DNA of 64,000 bases from Candidatus Aldehydirespiratoraceae bacterium (lineage in GTDB: Bacteria; Actinomycetota; Acidimicrobiia; Acidimicrobiales; Aldehydirespiratoraceae), in NCBI GenBank assembly GCA_047639555.1, contig JBLIOE010000002.1, positions 44,072-108,071 on the forward strand. Direction: 5' to 3'. A program made the position numbers and the translations under genes. Shown here one piece after another: positions 9,211-18,657 of the stretch (the stretch's first letter is position 1; every line of letters begins with the position of its first letter). Below the pieces are notes generated by a model. It made no database searches, was not told the DNA's origin, and was given only the letters and a program-made list of their open reading frames with translations.

Positions 9211-10653
9211 CTAGGTGTCGTTCTCCACCGCGTCATCCACAGTTTCGATGGTTTCGGGAAGTTCGGGCAGCGCAAATTCGGCGTAGCGATCGGCGTGGCC
9301 AATGACGTCAGCGACATAGGCACTCGAGTTGTTGTAGCCGAAGTAGGCAGAGCGCAGGTTGGAGCGATTGCCGAGATTGCCGCCCAGCGCGCACAAGTAA
9401 CGGCCCGCGCTGTAAGCGGCGTCGTACATGTTCTGCGGATCGGCAAAGCCATCACCGCTTCCGTCTCGACCGCGTCGGAGCCATGTCTCCGGGATGAACT
9501 GGAGCGGGCCGACGGCTCGGTCCCACTCAAGGTCGCCGTCGTACTTACCTCCGTCAGTGTCGACCATGGCGCGAACACCCGGGCCACCGTCAAGGGCGAT
9601 GCCGATGATTGGGCGATCGACTCGCCCGTCGCTCCGTAGTGATCGGCCGCCGTAGCGACCGTGACGGCTCTCGATACGGGCGACACCCGCCAGCATCCAC
9701 CAGCGGGCGTTACACGCCGGCGACGCCTCGGCCAACAGCTCTTCGGCGTTGAGATAGGCGTCGAGCGCAACAACCGTGAGGTCGGTACCGGGCAGCGAGG
9801 CCGACCATCGAGCTCGCCGAACGTCTTCGGCCGCGTTGTCGATCAGTGTTGCGAGCTCGGTCGCCGCTGATTCGGCAATCTCGATCACCGACCGCGTCGA
9901 ACCGATGTCGGTGTTGAGCTCAATCCACCGGGCGACAAGTTGCGTCGCCTCGTCGTCAATCACGGCCTGATGGTCGAGTAGGGCCTGCCGAGCGAAGAGT
10001 TGGACTTCCTCAACGCGCTGACCTAACTCCACGCCACGAGCAGCCTCGGTCACGTTGCTGGGATCGTTGAGCGCGGCGAGCGGGTCCACGCCGAGGTTGA
10101 CGTATTCGGCGAGTGCCTGTGCAGTGAGAATCGATTCGACCACCTCCAGCTCGGCGGCGGTGCTGGCAATGCTGTCGATGGCGACAACATGGTCAGCGCG
10201 GATCACGACGAGCTCGGCCTCCATTTCAACAAGTCGACGGTGGGCCCGCGTGAGGCGCCGGTCGTTCTCGGCAACTGCGAAAAGTGCATCGTCGAACGCA
10301 GCGACCGCTCGGGTCCAGGCGCTGCCTCGGAGTTCGAGCGCCGCTATGCGCGGATCCAATCGGTCGTCGGGGACCAGCACGGCAACGGATGCGATGACAT
10401 CATCCGACGCGCTTGCTCGTTCGCTGGTGCCGTCACGCAACGTGATGGAAGCGGCTAGGGCCGAGAGGACCAGGCCAAGAGTAACGGCGAGACAGACGCG
10501 CACGCGAGAGCGAGAGCGGCGTCGAGATCTGAATTTATGCACGGGTGCGTCACCTCGAGGGCCCAACGGCCCTGGATCGCCCACGTGACCCAGCCGATAC
10601 CATAGCGATCGGGCGAGCGATGGGGGTTCACCATCAGGCGTTCGGCCACTCAC
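9211..10653 (-). CDS. Secreted lytic transglycosylase (MltB/SLT_2-like C-terminal domain) with a long coiled-coil N-terminal region
   Basis: 480-aa ORF. The C-terminus reads ...WWMLAGVARIESRHGRYGG...GPLQFIPETW...YNNSSAYV. There is one TM/signal segment (VCLAVTLGLVLSALAA). The start is uncertain because the listed start overlaps the upstream gene by 20 nt. Confidence 0.6.
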   Translation of the reverse strand: MSGRTPDGEPPSLARSLWYRLGHVGDPGPLGPRGDAPVHKFRSRRRSRSRVRVCLAVTLGLVLSALAASITLRDGTSERASASDDVIASVAVLVPDDRLDPRIAALELRGSAWTRAVAAFDDALFAVAENDRRLTRAHRRLVEMEAELVVIRADHVVAIDSIASTAAELEVVESILTAQALAEYVNLGVDPLAALNDPSNVTEAARGVELGQRVEEVQLFARQALLDHQAVIDDEATQLVARWIELNTDIGSTRSVIEIAESAATELATLIDNAAEDVRRARWSASLPGTDLTVVALDAYLNAEELLAEASPACNARWWMLAGVARIESRHGRYGGRSLRSDGRVDRPIIGIALDGGPGVRAMVDTDGGKYDGDLEWDRAVGPLQFIPETWLRRGRDGSGDGFADPQNMYDAAYSAGRYLCALGGNLGNRSNLRSAYFGYNNSSAYVADVIGHADRYAEFALPELPETIETVDDAVENDT

Positions 10654-11431
10654 CGCGTTCGATGAGTACGTTGCGAAGAACCTCCGGCTGGTCGGTCATG
10701 ATGCCGTCGACGCCGAGGGCGAGAAGACGGTGCATCTCGGCTGCCTCGTCAATCGTCCATACGTGGATGTGGATCTCGCGGCCGTGGAGGTAGTCGACGA
10801 AACGCGGAGTGACGATCTCAAGTCGCTTCGCTCGCACGGGCACTTGTACTGCGTGGATCCACTTTGCTCGCACCGGGGTGCCCTTCGCTTCTGCGAGCAG
10901 CGCCAGAGTTCGGCGGGGGCCGGCGCTGATCGCCAGGTCGGGGCCCACCCGTTGCTGCACCGCGGCAGTGCGCTTATCAGAGAACGAACCGACCATCACC
11001 CGATCAACGGACTTCGTGGCCAGAATTGTGTCGGCCAGCGGCACGATGGCGGATGCGTGTTTCGGATCGATATTGATGCGCGCCCCGGGGAACGCCTCGA
11101 AGAGTTCGTCCAGACGCAGAATCGGCTCGGTGCCACCGACCCGGGCACGGCGGACTTCTGACCATGGCAACTCGGCGATCACGCCACTTCGGTCGGTGAC
11201 CCGATCGAGCTTGTCGTCATGAAACGCGATCGCGACGCCATCGGACGTGACGTGGACATCGGTTTCGATATGGGTGAACCCGAGGTCAAGCGCGTGGCGA
11301 AACGCTCGCTCGGTGTTCTCTGGATGGACGCTCGCGCCGCCGCGGTGAGCAAACGCGATCGGCCCTCCGACGTCAAGATACGGATGGATCCGAGGCACGA
11401 GCACACCGTACTTGGCTACGGTCGCGCCCAT
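10634..11431 (-). CDS. Glycerophosphodiester phosphodiesterase (GDPD family)
   Basis: FAHRGG...PENTERAF...THIETDVHVTSDGVAIAFHDDKLDRVT carries the canonical GDPD residues. The start is taken at ATG 11431 (MGATVAKYG...). Confidence 0.8.
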   Translation of the reverse strand: MGATVAKYGVLVPRIHPYLDVGGPIAFAHRGGASVHPENTERAFRHALDLGFTHIETDVHVTSDGVAIAFHDDKLDRVTDRSGVIAELPWSEVRRARVGGTEPILRLDELFEAFPGARINIDPKHASAIVPLADTILATKSVDRVMVGSFSDKRTAAVQQRVGPDLAISAGPRRTLALLAEAKGTPVRAKWIHAVQVPVRAKRLEIVTPRFVDYLHGREIHIHVWTIDEAAEMHRLLALGVDGIMTDQPEVLRNVLIERGEWPNA

Positions 11432-12212
11432 GACCGCCGCTGACCGTGTGACCGACCTGCTGTCGGCCGAGGGCGACATCCCTCTGGCGGAGACCCTTCT
11501 CCTCCTGGCGGAATCACGGCCCGGCGCCGGTCCGTGCGTGGATCCCGGGCTGGCGGCCCTCGATCGTTTTGCCGACGGATGCGCCGACGCTTCTGTCGAC
11601 TCGTTGGTGCGTCACTTGTTCGTCGATGAGGGGTTCAGCGGCGACCGCACCGACTACCACGACCCGCGCAACAGCTATCTCGACGAAGTATTGACTCGCC
11701 GCGTCGGGATGCCGATCACTCTGTCGGTCGTTCTCGTTGAAACCGCCCGTCGGCTCGGCATCGAGCTCTACGGGGTTGGCATGCCCGGCCACTTCTTGGT
11801 GCGCGAAAGCGACGACGTTGACGGCTTCATCGATCCCTTCCATGAGGGTGTTCGGATCAGCGCGGAGGCCTGCCAGGCCCGCTTTCGCACGTTGCACGGG
11901 GCAGACGCCCGTTTCGATCCGAGCTTTCTCGCTCCGGTGCCGAGCCGGTCGATCGTGCAACGCGTACTGAACAACCTCACGGTCACGTTCCGGAGCCGCA
12001 CCCCGCGAGACCTCGACTGGTTGCTCGATATTCGGATCCGAATTCCCGCCGGACCGCCCGACTTGCGAGCCCTCTCGGAGCTGTGCGAACTCCGCGGCCG
12101 TTTCGACGATGCCGCGGACCTACTCGACCGCATAGAGGGCTCTTGGCCCGACTCACCAACTGCCGATCGAGCGAGGGACAAAGCGCTCCGCTTGCGAGCG
12201 CGCTTGAACTAG
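11430..12212 (+). CDS. SirB1/transglutaminase-like plus TPR-like domain protein (UPF0162-type)
   Basis: MTAADRVTDLL...DYHDPRNSYLDEVLTRRVGMPITLSVVLVETARRLGIELYGVGMPGHFLV. The start is taken at ATG 11430. Confidence 0.55.
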   Translation: MTAADRVTDLLSAEGDIPLAETLLLLAESRPGAGPCVDPGLAALDRFADGCADASVDSLVRHLFVDEGFSGDRTDYHDPRNSYLDEVLTRRVGMPITLSVVLVETARRLGIELYGVGMPGHFLVRESDDVDGFIDPFHEGVRISAEACQARFRTLHGADARFDPSFLAPVPSRSIVQRVLNNLTVTFRSRTPRDLDWLLDIRIRIPAGPPDLRALSELCELRGRFDDAADLLDRIEGSWPDSPTADRARDKALRLRARLN

Positions 12213-12260
12213 TTGCAAACCTGGTCCAGGTGGGTGGCGGCAGCTCACTAGAATCCGGGA

Positions 12261-13691
12261 ATGCAACGCCGCACGAAGATCGTCGCCACCATTGGTCCCG
12301 CCTCATCGGATGAGTCAACGCTGCGGGAGATGATCCGGGCGGGGATGGATGTGGCCCGGATTGGTTTGGCCCACGGCACGATCGACGACGGGTTGGAGCG
12401 GCTCCATCGCATCCGGAAGGTGGCGGCCGACGAAGGGCGCCGGGTCGGCATTCTTGTCGACCTTCCGGGCCCAAAGGTTCGCGCTGCGAGTTTCGGCGAG
12501 GACGGGGTCGATATGCCCACGGGGCATTCGGTCGAGGTCCGGACCGGCACCGACGCGTCCACCTCTGCCGTTATCGAGGTCGACTACGAGGGCCTGCTGC
12601 GTGATGTACATGTGGGCGACCGCCTGACTGTGGGCGATGGCGGTGCGGTGCTCGAAATCTCCGACAAGTCGGCCGACAAGATGCTCGCCACAGTGGTCCA
12701 TGGCAGCCTCTTACGCGGGCGTCCGGGTATCCATGTCCCGTCTGACCGTCTCCAAATGGCGACACCGACCGATGCCGACTTTGTGGCCCTCGATGCTTTC
12801 GTCGACGCGAATGTCGACATGGTCGCGATCAGTTTCGTTCGGTCCGCTCACGACATTCGCCGTGTCGGCACGGAGCCCCATCCCCGCGGCCCGCTCATCG
12901 TCGCCAAGATCGAGACCCGCGCCGCTGTCGACAATCTCGCCGGGATCATCGAGGCGTCCGATGCCGTCATGGTCGCCCGCGGCGATCTCGGCAACGAGTG
13001 CAGCCTTGAGGATCTGCCCCACCTCCAGAAGCGGATTATTCGAGAGTGCATCGCCGGCGGGCGTCCGGTGATCACCGCGACGCAGATGCTCGAGTCGATG
13101 GTGACGAGCCCGGCGCCCACCCGAGCGGAGGCCTCCGATGTTGCCAACGCGGTGTTCGACGGCTCGTCGGCTGTGATGTTGTCGGGAGAAACCGCGATTG
13201 GTATAGATCCGGTCAACGTCATCCGCACGATGAGCCGTATCGCCCGTCGTGCTGATGAGGAAATGGACCACGAGGGTTGGGCCAAGAACCTCGCGGAAAT
13301 CCGCATGACGGATGAGACCGCGGGAGCTGCGTCGGTCACTGATGCGATGACCATGGCCACGTGGCGGGCAACACAAGAGCTCGGAATCGAGCACGTGTTG
13401 TGCATTTCTGGCTCTGGCTTCACGGTCCGATCAATCGCCCGCTTCCGACCCGAAGCCGAGATTCTCGGGTTCTCGGTCAACGAGGCGACCGTGCAGCAGC
13501 TCACGCTCAGTTGGGGCACGACGCCGATGCTTATCGAACCGCGCGACAGCAACGAAGACATGGTGGCCGAAGCGATCCGCCACGCGAAGGCGGAGGGGCA
13601 TATCCGCTCAGGCGATTCTGTGGCCGTGTTGGCCGGTTCCGATAGCCGGAGCCGTTCCACCAACGTTCTGCGGATCGAGCGCGTTCCCTAG
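12261..13691 (+). CDS. pyk: Pyruvate kinase
   Basis: 476 aa. MQRRTKIVATIGPAS...MDVARIGLAHG...MVARGDLGNE...TATQMLESM. Confidence 0.93.
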   Translation: MQRRTKIVATIGPASSDESTLREMIRAGMDVARIGLAHGTIDDGLERLHRIRKVAADEGRRVGILVDLPGPKVRAASFGEDGVDMPTGHSVEVRTGTDASTSAVIEVDYEGLLRDVHVGDRLTVGDGGAVLEISDKSADKMLATVVHGSLLRGRPGIHVPSDRLQMATPTDADFVALDAFVDANVDMVAISFVRSAHDIRRVGTEPHPRGPLIVAKIETRAAVDNLAGIIEASDAVMVARGDLGNECSLEDLPHLQKRIIRECIAGGRPVITATQMLESMVTSPAPTRAEASDVANAVFDGSSAVMLSGETAIGIDPVNVIRTMSRIARRADEEMDHEGWAKNLAEIRMTDETAGAASVTDAMTMATWRATQELGIEHVLCISGSGFTVRSIARFRPEAEILGFSVNEATVQQLTLSWGTTPMLIEPRDSNEDMVAEAIRHAKAEGHIRSGDSVAVLAGSDSRSRSTNVLRIERVP

Positions 13692-13697
13692 ACCCGG

Positions 13698-13714
13698 GCC
13701 GAGCGCATCGCTCG
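13698..13714. terminator. Short hairpin between the convergent pyk and membrane-protein genes
   Basis: CCGAGCG-CAT-CGCTCGG (7-bp stem). There is no clear U-tract on either strand, so support is weak. Confidence 0.3.
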
Positions 13715-13715
13715 G

Positions 13716-14048
13716 TTAGATCTCCACTTCGAGCAAGTTTCGACAGCCGACATCGCCGTCGGCCAGTCGGATACGCATGTCCTCAGGCAGTTGGTCCCAG
13801 GGCACGTCGACCGTTTGGCCGTAGAGGCTGCACTCGCAGGTGCGGGCACAATTGTCGAGATCGGTGCGCTGAACCCAGAGCGAGAGGCCGAGACCGGCCA
13901 GGAGTGTGAAGAGTGCCACTTTCAGCACCACCTTCTGCACGAAACGAACCACCACGAACATGAGGTAGAGAATCAGGGCTATGACGACGAACAGGAGCCA
14001 TTTGAGGAGCTCTGGGTCGAGCCATTCGGGAAGGGCGGCAAGCAACAC
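13716..14048 (-). CDS. Small membrane protein, hypothetical (2 TM, Cys-containing C-terminal tail)
   Basis: 110 aa with hydrophobic segments LLFVVIALILYLMFVVV and VALFTLLAGLGLSLWV. Confidence 0.5.
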   Translation of the reverse strand: MLLAALPEWLDPELLKWLLFVVIALILYLMFVVVRFVQKVVLKVALFTLLAGLGLSLWVQRTDLDNCARTCECSLYGQTVDVPWDQLPEDMRIRLADGDVGCRNLLEVEI

Positions 14049-14107
14049 CGTCCCAACCTTAGGCCGAGGGACTTGGGCGTCTGGGTCGCCTCGCTAGGAT
14101 CCCCGTT

Positions 14108-14533
14108 ATGACGGATGTCAATCTCTATCGCGAAGGTCCACCCGACACGGTTCTGCCACCTGAGCCGGCCGACGCACTTGCTGCGCTCGATGCCGCACTT
14201 GCGTCAGATACTCCGATCTCGGCCATCGGCAAAGTCTGCGAGGAATGGCCGATGTTTCTTGCGGCGTGGGCTTCGCTCGGTGACGCAGTCGACGAGCCGG
14301 CCCTTGCCTACGCGGCGTACCGCACCGGCTACCACCGAGGTCTTGATCGTCTGCGAGCCAATGGCTGGCGGGGGAGTGGCTTCGTTCGCTGGCGCAACGA
14401 GACCAATCGCGGATTCCTGCGGGCACTCGACGGACTCCGTCGGATGGCCGCCCATATCGGCGAAACCGACGAAGACGAGCGATGCGCGCTCTTTCTGCGT
14501 CAGTGCGATCCCGAGTGGCCGCCAGCCGAGTGA
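14108..14533 (+). CDS. DUF3151 family protein
   Basis: AYAAYRTGYHRGLDRLRANGWRGSGFVRWRNETNRGFLRALDGL...IGETDEDERCALFL matches the conserved actinobacterial DUF3151 pattern as I remember it. Confidence 0.7.
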   Translation: MTDVNLYREGPPDTVLPPEPADALAALDAALASDTPISAIGKVCEEWPMFLAAWASLGDAVDEPALAYAAYRTGYHRGLDRLRANGWRGSGFVRWRNETNRGFLRALDGLRRMAAHIGETDEDERCALFLRQCDPEWPPAE

Positions 14534-15099
14534 GTCACCTCCCCGCGCTCGGTGGCGCCGTCCTGGCGGGCGGGGCCTCGCGGCGTATGGGAACCGACAA
14601 GGCGCTCGTCGAGGTTGATGGCGACGCGCTCGTTCTCAAAGCCACCTCGGCCCTTGACGCGGCCGGGGCCGATCCCGTCGTCGTGATCGGCGGCAATCGG
14701 GCCGCGCTCGAGGCGCTCGGGCTGCGCTTTGTCGACGACGCTTGGCCCGGCGAAGGCCCGCTCGGAGGCATCATCACCGCGCTCGAACACATTGAACGTG
14801 ACCTCGTGGCGGTGTTGGCGTGCGATCTCACCGACGCTTCGGCCATTGCCGTCCACTCGGTCGCCGGTGCGCTGGGCGACGCGGATGTGGCCGTGCCGGT
14901 AGTCGAGGGCCGCAGCCAGTGGCTCCACGCCGTCTGGCGCCGCTCCGCCCTTCCCACGCTCCGACAGGCGTTTGTCGACGGAGCGCGCGCTCCGAGACAT
15001 GCGGTTGACACGCTCCGTGTTGCCCAGCTTCTCGACGGCGATCCGTGCTGGTTCCACGATGCGGATCGGCCTGAGGATCTGCCTTCCTCGCCCCGGTGA
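14530..15099 (+). CDS. mobA: Molybdenum cofactor guanylyltransferase (MobA-like NTP transferase)
   Basis: GAVLAGGASRRMGTDKALVEVDG...PGEGPLGGI...LACDL. GTG 14530 overlaps the upstream stop (GTGA). Confidence 0.75.
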   Translation: MSHLPALGGAVLAGGASRRMGTDKALVEVDGDALVLKATSALDAAGADPVVVIGGNRAALEALGLRFVDDAWPGEGPLGGIITALEHIERDLVAVLACDLTDASAIAVHSVAGALGDADVAVPVVEGRSQWLHAVWRRSALPTLRQAFVDGARAPRHAVDTLRVAQLLDGDPCWFHDADRPEDLPSSPR

Positions 15100-15134
15100 G
15101 TCATCTGCCCGGCCGGTCTGGCTACCATCGCCAG

Positions 15135-15455
15135 ATGGAGATTCCGGAGATCGAAGTCGATGAGCTCGAGCGCCACATGGCCGGGGGCGCACCCGTCTTC
15201 GATGTTCGTGAGACCGACGAGTGGGAAACCGCACACATTGATGGGGCGAAACTGGTGCCACTGGCCACCGTGCCCGAGTCGATCGGCGACTTTCCGTCCG
15301 ACCGCACGGTCTACGTGATCTGTGCCAAGGGTGGTCGAAGTGCCAGGGCCGTGGAGTTCCTCCGAGCCGAGGGAGTCGACGCAGTCAACGTTGCGGGCGG
15401 CATGGGCGCCTGGCACCAGGCAGGCAAACCCTCCTCTTCCGGTGCTGGCAGCTGA
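15135..15455 (+). CDS. Rhodanese-like single-domain sulfurtransferase
   Basis: MEIPEIEVDEL...FDVRETDEWETAHIDGAKLVPL...VYVICAKGGRSARA contains the active-site loop CxxGxR. Confidence 0.8.
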   Translation: MEIPEIEVDELERHMAGGAPVFDVRETDEWETAHIDGAKLVPLATVPESIGDFPSDRTVYVICAKGGRSARAVEFLRAEGVDAVNVAGGMGAWHQAGKPSSSGAGS

Positions 15456-15461
15456 GCGCGA

Positions 15462-16622
15462 GTGCCGAACTATCGAATTGTTGACACCGATGAAGGCCTG
15501 GCCGAGGTCGTCGAAGCCCTTCTCGAGCAGCCCCGTTACGCGCTCGACACGGAGTTCCATCGAGAACGCACCTACTGGCCCAAGGTTGCGCTCGTGCAGA
15601 TCGCGTGGCCGGGCGATCTCGTCTTGCTCGACCCGCTCGCGATAGATTTGGCGCCGCTTCGCCCGGTAATGGACTCCGATGCCATCGCCGTTCTCCACGC
15701 GGCGTCGCAGGACCTCGAAGTGCTCGAACTCGCCACGGGGGCAGTGCCAAAGCACCTGTTCGATACACAGATCGCCGCTGGATTCCTCGGACTCTCCACG
15801 CCGTCGCTCGCCTCCCTTCATGAGCGCGAACTCGGCCTGCAGCTTCCGAAGTCCAGCAGGCTCACCGATTGGCTTGAGCGGCCGCTGGGGCAGGCACAAC
15901 TCGACTACGCCGCATCTGATGTCGACAATCTGTTGGAGCTCCACGACCGCCTCATAGCCCAGCTCGCCGAGCGTGACCGGGTTGAATGGGCCGAGGCCGA
16001 GTGCGAGATCATGCGTACCCGCTGGCGCGGACCACGAGACCCCGATGAGGCCTGGCGCAAGATCAAGGAAGCCCGCCACCTGACGGGCAAGGCGCTCACC
16101 ATTGCGCGCGCGGTCGCAGGTTGGCGCGAGCGACGGGCCGCAGAGGTTGATCAACCCGTTCGATTCGTGCTGTCCGATATCGGCGTTGTTGGTGTCTCTC
16201 AGGCCGCACCGAGCGACGTCGAACAGCTCGCCAAGATCCGCGGGATCGACAAGGGCGTCGCCCGAGGTGCCTTGGGCCAACCCATTCTCGATGCGGTCGC
16301 CACCGGTATCGCCTCGGACTGGCGCCCGCCGAAGGCGCCCCGACGGTCAAACGACTCCCGCGACATCCGTCCCGCAGTCGCCCTTGTGGCCGCTTGGGTC
16401 AACCAACTTGCTCGTGATCGAGAGCTCGACCCGTCCCTCCTTGCCACCCGTGCCGATGTCGAAGCACTCGTTCGCGGCGATGAAGACGCACGACTCGCCA
16501 CCGGTTGGCGGGCCGAGTTGGCCGGCGGCCCGATTCGCCGCCTCGTTGCCGGTGATGCAGCGTTGGCGTTCGAAGACGGGGCCGTTGTCCTCGAGGAACG
16601 ATCCGGACGGCCTGTCGGATGA
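15462..16622 (+). CDS. rnd: Ribonuclease D (DEDD 3'-5' exonuclease plus HRDC domain)
   Basis: 386 aa. ALDTEFHRERTYWPKVALVQIA...LHAASQDLEVL...YAASDVDNLLEL. Confidence 0.85.
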   Translation: MPNYRIVDTDEGLAEVVEALLEQPRYALDTEFHRERTYWPKVALVQIAWPGDLVLLDPLAIDLAPLRPVMDSDAIAVLHAASQDLEVLELATGAVPKHLFDTQIAAGFLGLSTPSLASLHERELGLQLPKSSRLTDWLERPLGQAQLDYAASDVDNLLELHDRLIAQLAERDRVEWAEAECEIMRTRWRGPRDPDEAWRKIKEARHLTGKALTIARAVAGWRERRAAEVDQPVRFVLSDIGVVGVSQAAPSDVEQLAKIRGIDKGVARGALGQPILDAVATGIASDWRPPKAPRRSNDSRDIRPAVALVAAWVNQLARDRELDPSLLATRADVEALVRGDEDARLATGWRAELAGGPIRRLVAGDAALAFEDGAVVLEERSGRPVG

Positions 16623-16690
16623 CGTTGGGCTGCGGCCCTAAGCGGCGCTACAATTCAGCGTCTTGACGTAGTCGAACGGGAGCTCATCAG

Positions 16691-16864
16691 GTGAAGAAGG
16701 GGCGACACCGGCGCTACGAGGAAGCCCGAGAGCTGAAACGCTCTCGTGAAGGCGACTTCGATGCACTTCTCAACGAATACAAAGAAGCAGGCGAAGAAGA
16801 ACTCAAGCCTGAACACCAGGCTTGGGCTGACGAATTCGACGACGCAGAGGCCGAAGAAGGCTAA
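16691..16864 (+). CDS. Small charged hypothetical protein (57 aa, below the ORF-track cutoff)
   Basis: My own translation from GTG 16691 reads VKKGRHRRYEEARELKRSREGDFDALLNEYKEAGEEELKPEHQAWADEFDDAEAEEG*. GGGAG lies 8 nt upstream. Third-position GC is only moderate, so this is tentative. Confidence 0.35.
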   Translation: MKKGRHRRYEEARELKRSREGDFDALLNEYKEAGEEELKPEHQAWADEFDDAEAEEG

Positions 16865-18562
16865 TTAGCCGCCGGTCTCGTCGAGAATCTCGTCGAGCTT
16901 TAGAATCTCGGCTTCGGTGACCACACCGATGAAGTTTCCTTCACCATCGGTGACCGCGAGCACATCGATGCGCGCCGCGTCCATCGCGGCCACTGCATCG
17001 CGCAACGTCCACGACGGCAGCGCAGTCGGCAGATCTGTAGCCATGCACTCGCCAACGCTTGTGGCCTCCCAGAGGTCTCGTTCGATCTCTGAGACGTCTT
17101 CCAGGCGGGCCATACCAACAAAGCGCCCCCCATCGACCACCGGCACGATTCGCTCACGGCGGCCGAGCACATGGACGTAGACAAACTCTGAGACCGTCGC
17201 GTCGGGCGGCACCGTGAAGACGTCAGTGGACAAGATTGAGGTGAGCGGCAATTCAAAGCGGCGCTCTAGGTGGCCGAGTCGCTTGCTGCGCTGATGGTCT
17301 GCGATCGACGACGGGCCAGCAACAACTTGTGACACCGCCGCGGCGACGAGCGCGGGAACGACGAACGCGCCGACGCCACCAGTGGATTCCGCGACGAACA
17401 TCACCGCCGCAATAGGCGTGTGGTAGCCGGCACCAAGGAATGCGGCGAGTCCGAGGATCGGGTAGAGGGCCGTTTTGTCTTGCCCGAGGGCCGAGCCCAC
17501 GAATTCGCCCATCACGACGCCGAGCGCCGCGAGCGGGATGAACATCCCGCCAACACCGCCCGCGAAGGTTGTGGCCATCGTGGCCGCGATCCGGAGACCG
17601 AATAGGAGGGCAATAAGCCCAAGGCCGTGGTCACCCACCACCCACGCCATCGCTTCGGTGCCCGGCCCGAGAGTGAGCGGCTCGTCGAATGCTTCGGTAC
17701 CAATCCAGGCGAGCGCGGCCAGCGATCCGCCGCCAATGAGGAGGCGCTTCGGCAACGTCACGACTTTGGCCTGGGCCTTCGAGTACCGAATGAGCCAGGC
17801 GAACCCTCGTCCACCCAGGCCGGCGGCAATACCAAGGAGGAGAGCACCCAACAGGTCAACCAGGTCGACGCCGAGCACCGAGACAGCGCCTTCTTCCTCC
17901 AGCAGGACACTGCCTTCGGCAAAGAACGGGATAACGGGCTCGGTGCCGACGAGCGACACGAATGTGGCGTAGCTCGCGGCGGACGCCAGCAGAGAGGGGA
18001 GAAGAGCCTGGGGAGTGACATCGTCTCGATACGGCGCCTCCATCGCAAAGATGACACCTGTGGCGGGCGCCTTGAACACCGCGGCAACTCCGGCCGCGGC
18101 ACCCGCGGTGAGGAGCAGGCGGGCTTGGTCGCGTCGAATTACGCCACCGGTCTTCTCCTGAATCCAGAGACCCAACGAGGATCCGGCATAGATCGAGGGG
18201 CCCTCAAGGCCCACTGCTCCGCCCATGCCGATCGTGGCGACGCCAGCCAAGAGCTTTCCGGGAAGTTCAATAATCGGGAGGCGCGGGGAACGGTCATGGA
18301 ATACGCGGATGTACTCGTCCGACGTTGCTCCGGTGGTGCCCCGGCCCAGGAAACGCAGGATGAGGTGGGCTGCCAGTACGCCGGCGATCGGCGCAATCAT
18401 CAGCACTCCGAGCGGCTGCTTTAGTAACCATTCGAACAAAACCGGCTGCGTGAGCGCTTCAAACATCGCCACAACGACCGCGACAACGACACCGGTAGCG
18501 ACCGAGGCAACTAGGAGTCGGAGATCATTGCCGCCGATCGCGGCGACGAGATACTTCTTCAC
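16865..18562 (-). CDS. ClC-family voltage-gated chloride channel / H+-Cl- antiporter with a C-terminal CBS pair
   Basis: 565 aa and multi-TM. Motifs GLEGPSIY and GGMFIPLA, plus a CBS-like C-terminus (VFTVPPDATVSEF...VLAVTDGEGNFIGVVTEAEIL). Confidence 0.85.
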   Translation of the reverse strand: MKKYLVAAIGGNDLRLLVASVATGVVVAVVVAMFEALTQPVLFEWLLKQPLGVLMIAPIAGVLAAHLILRFLGRGTTGATSDEYIRVFHDRSPRLPIIELPGKLLAGVATIGMGGAVGLEGPSIYAGSSLGLWIQEKTGGVIRRDQARLLLTAGAAAGVAAVFKAPATGVIFAMEAPYRDDVTPQALLPSLLASAASYATFVSLVGTEPVIPFFAEGSVLLEEEGAVSVLGVDLVDLLGALLLGIAAGLGGRGFAWLIRYSKAQAKVVTLPKRLLIGGGSLAALAWIGTEAFDEPLTLGPGTEAMAWVVGDHGLGLIALLFGLRIAATMATTFAGGVGGMFIPLAALGVVMGEFVGSALGQDKTALYPILGLAAFLGAGYHTPIAAVMFVAESTGGVGAFVVPALVAAAVSQVVAGPSSIADHQRSKRLGHLERRFELPLTSILSTDVFTVPPDATVSEFVYVHVLGRRERIVPVVDGGRFVGMARLEDVSEIERDLWEATSVGECMATDLPTALPSWTLRDAVAAMDAARIDVLAVTDGEGNFIGVVTEAEILKLDEILDETGG

Positions 18563-18657
18563 GCTGTCTCTTCCTACACCCGTCTCGCTCGTTCGCGGCC
18601 GATAGAACCCACAAGTTCGGGTTCGACGGCGTCTGCCGCGCTCCTGAGATGGGCGAG

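Noticed and set aside
11429-11432. Divergent gene pairs whose start codons overlap on a CATG palindrome. The same arrangement occurs at 21391..21394.
   Set aside because: This is most likely an artefact of start-codon choice, since alternative downstream starts exist for at least one member of each pair. It is not evidence of a special regulatory arrangement.
14535-16280. 581-aa minus-strand ORF. Similar long shadows are 7285..8373 +, 27876..29060 +, 31069..32559 +, 35457..36839 +, 50002..50853 -, 53055..53819 - and 55074..56186 -.
   Set aside because: Each lies antisense to a gene with unmistakable family signatures (mobA/rhodanese/rnd, FAD oxidoreductase, helZ, acyl-CoA dehydrogenase, FIST, ABC ATPase, prcB, pafA). 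Each also has low-complexity R/G/D/V-rich composition.
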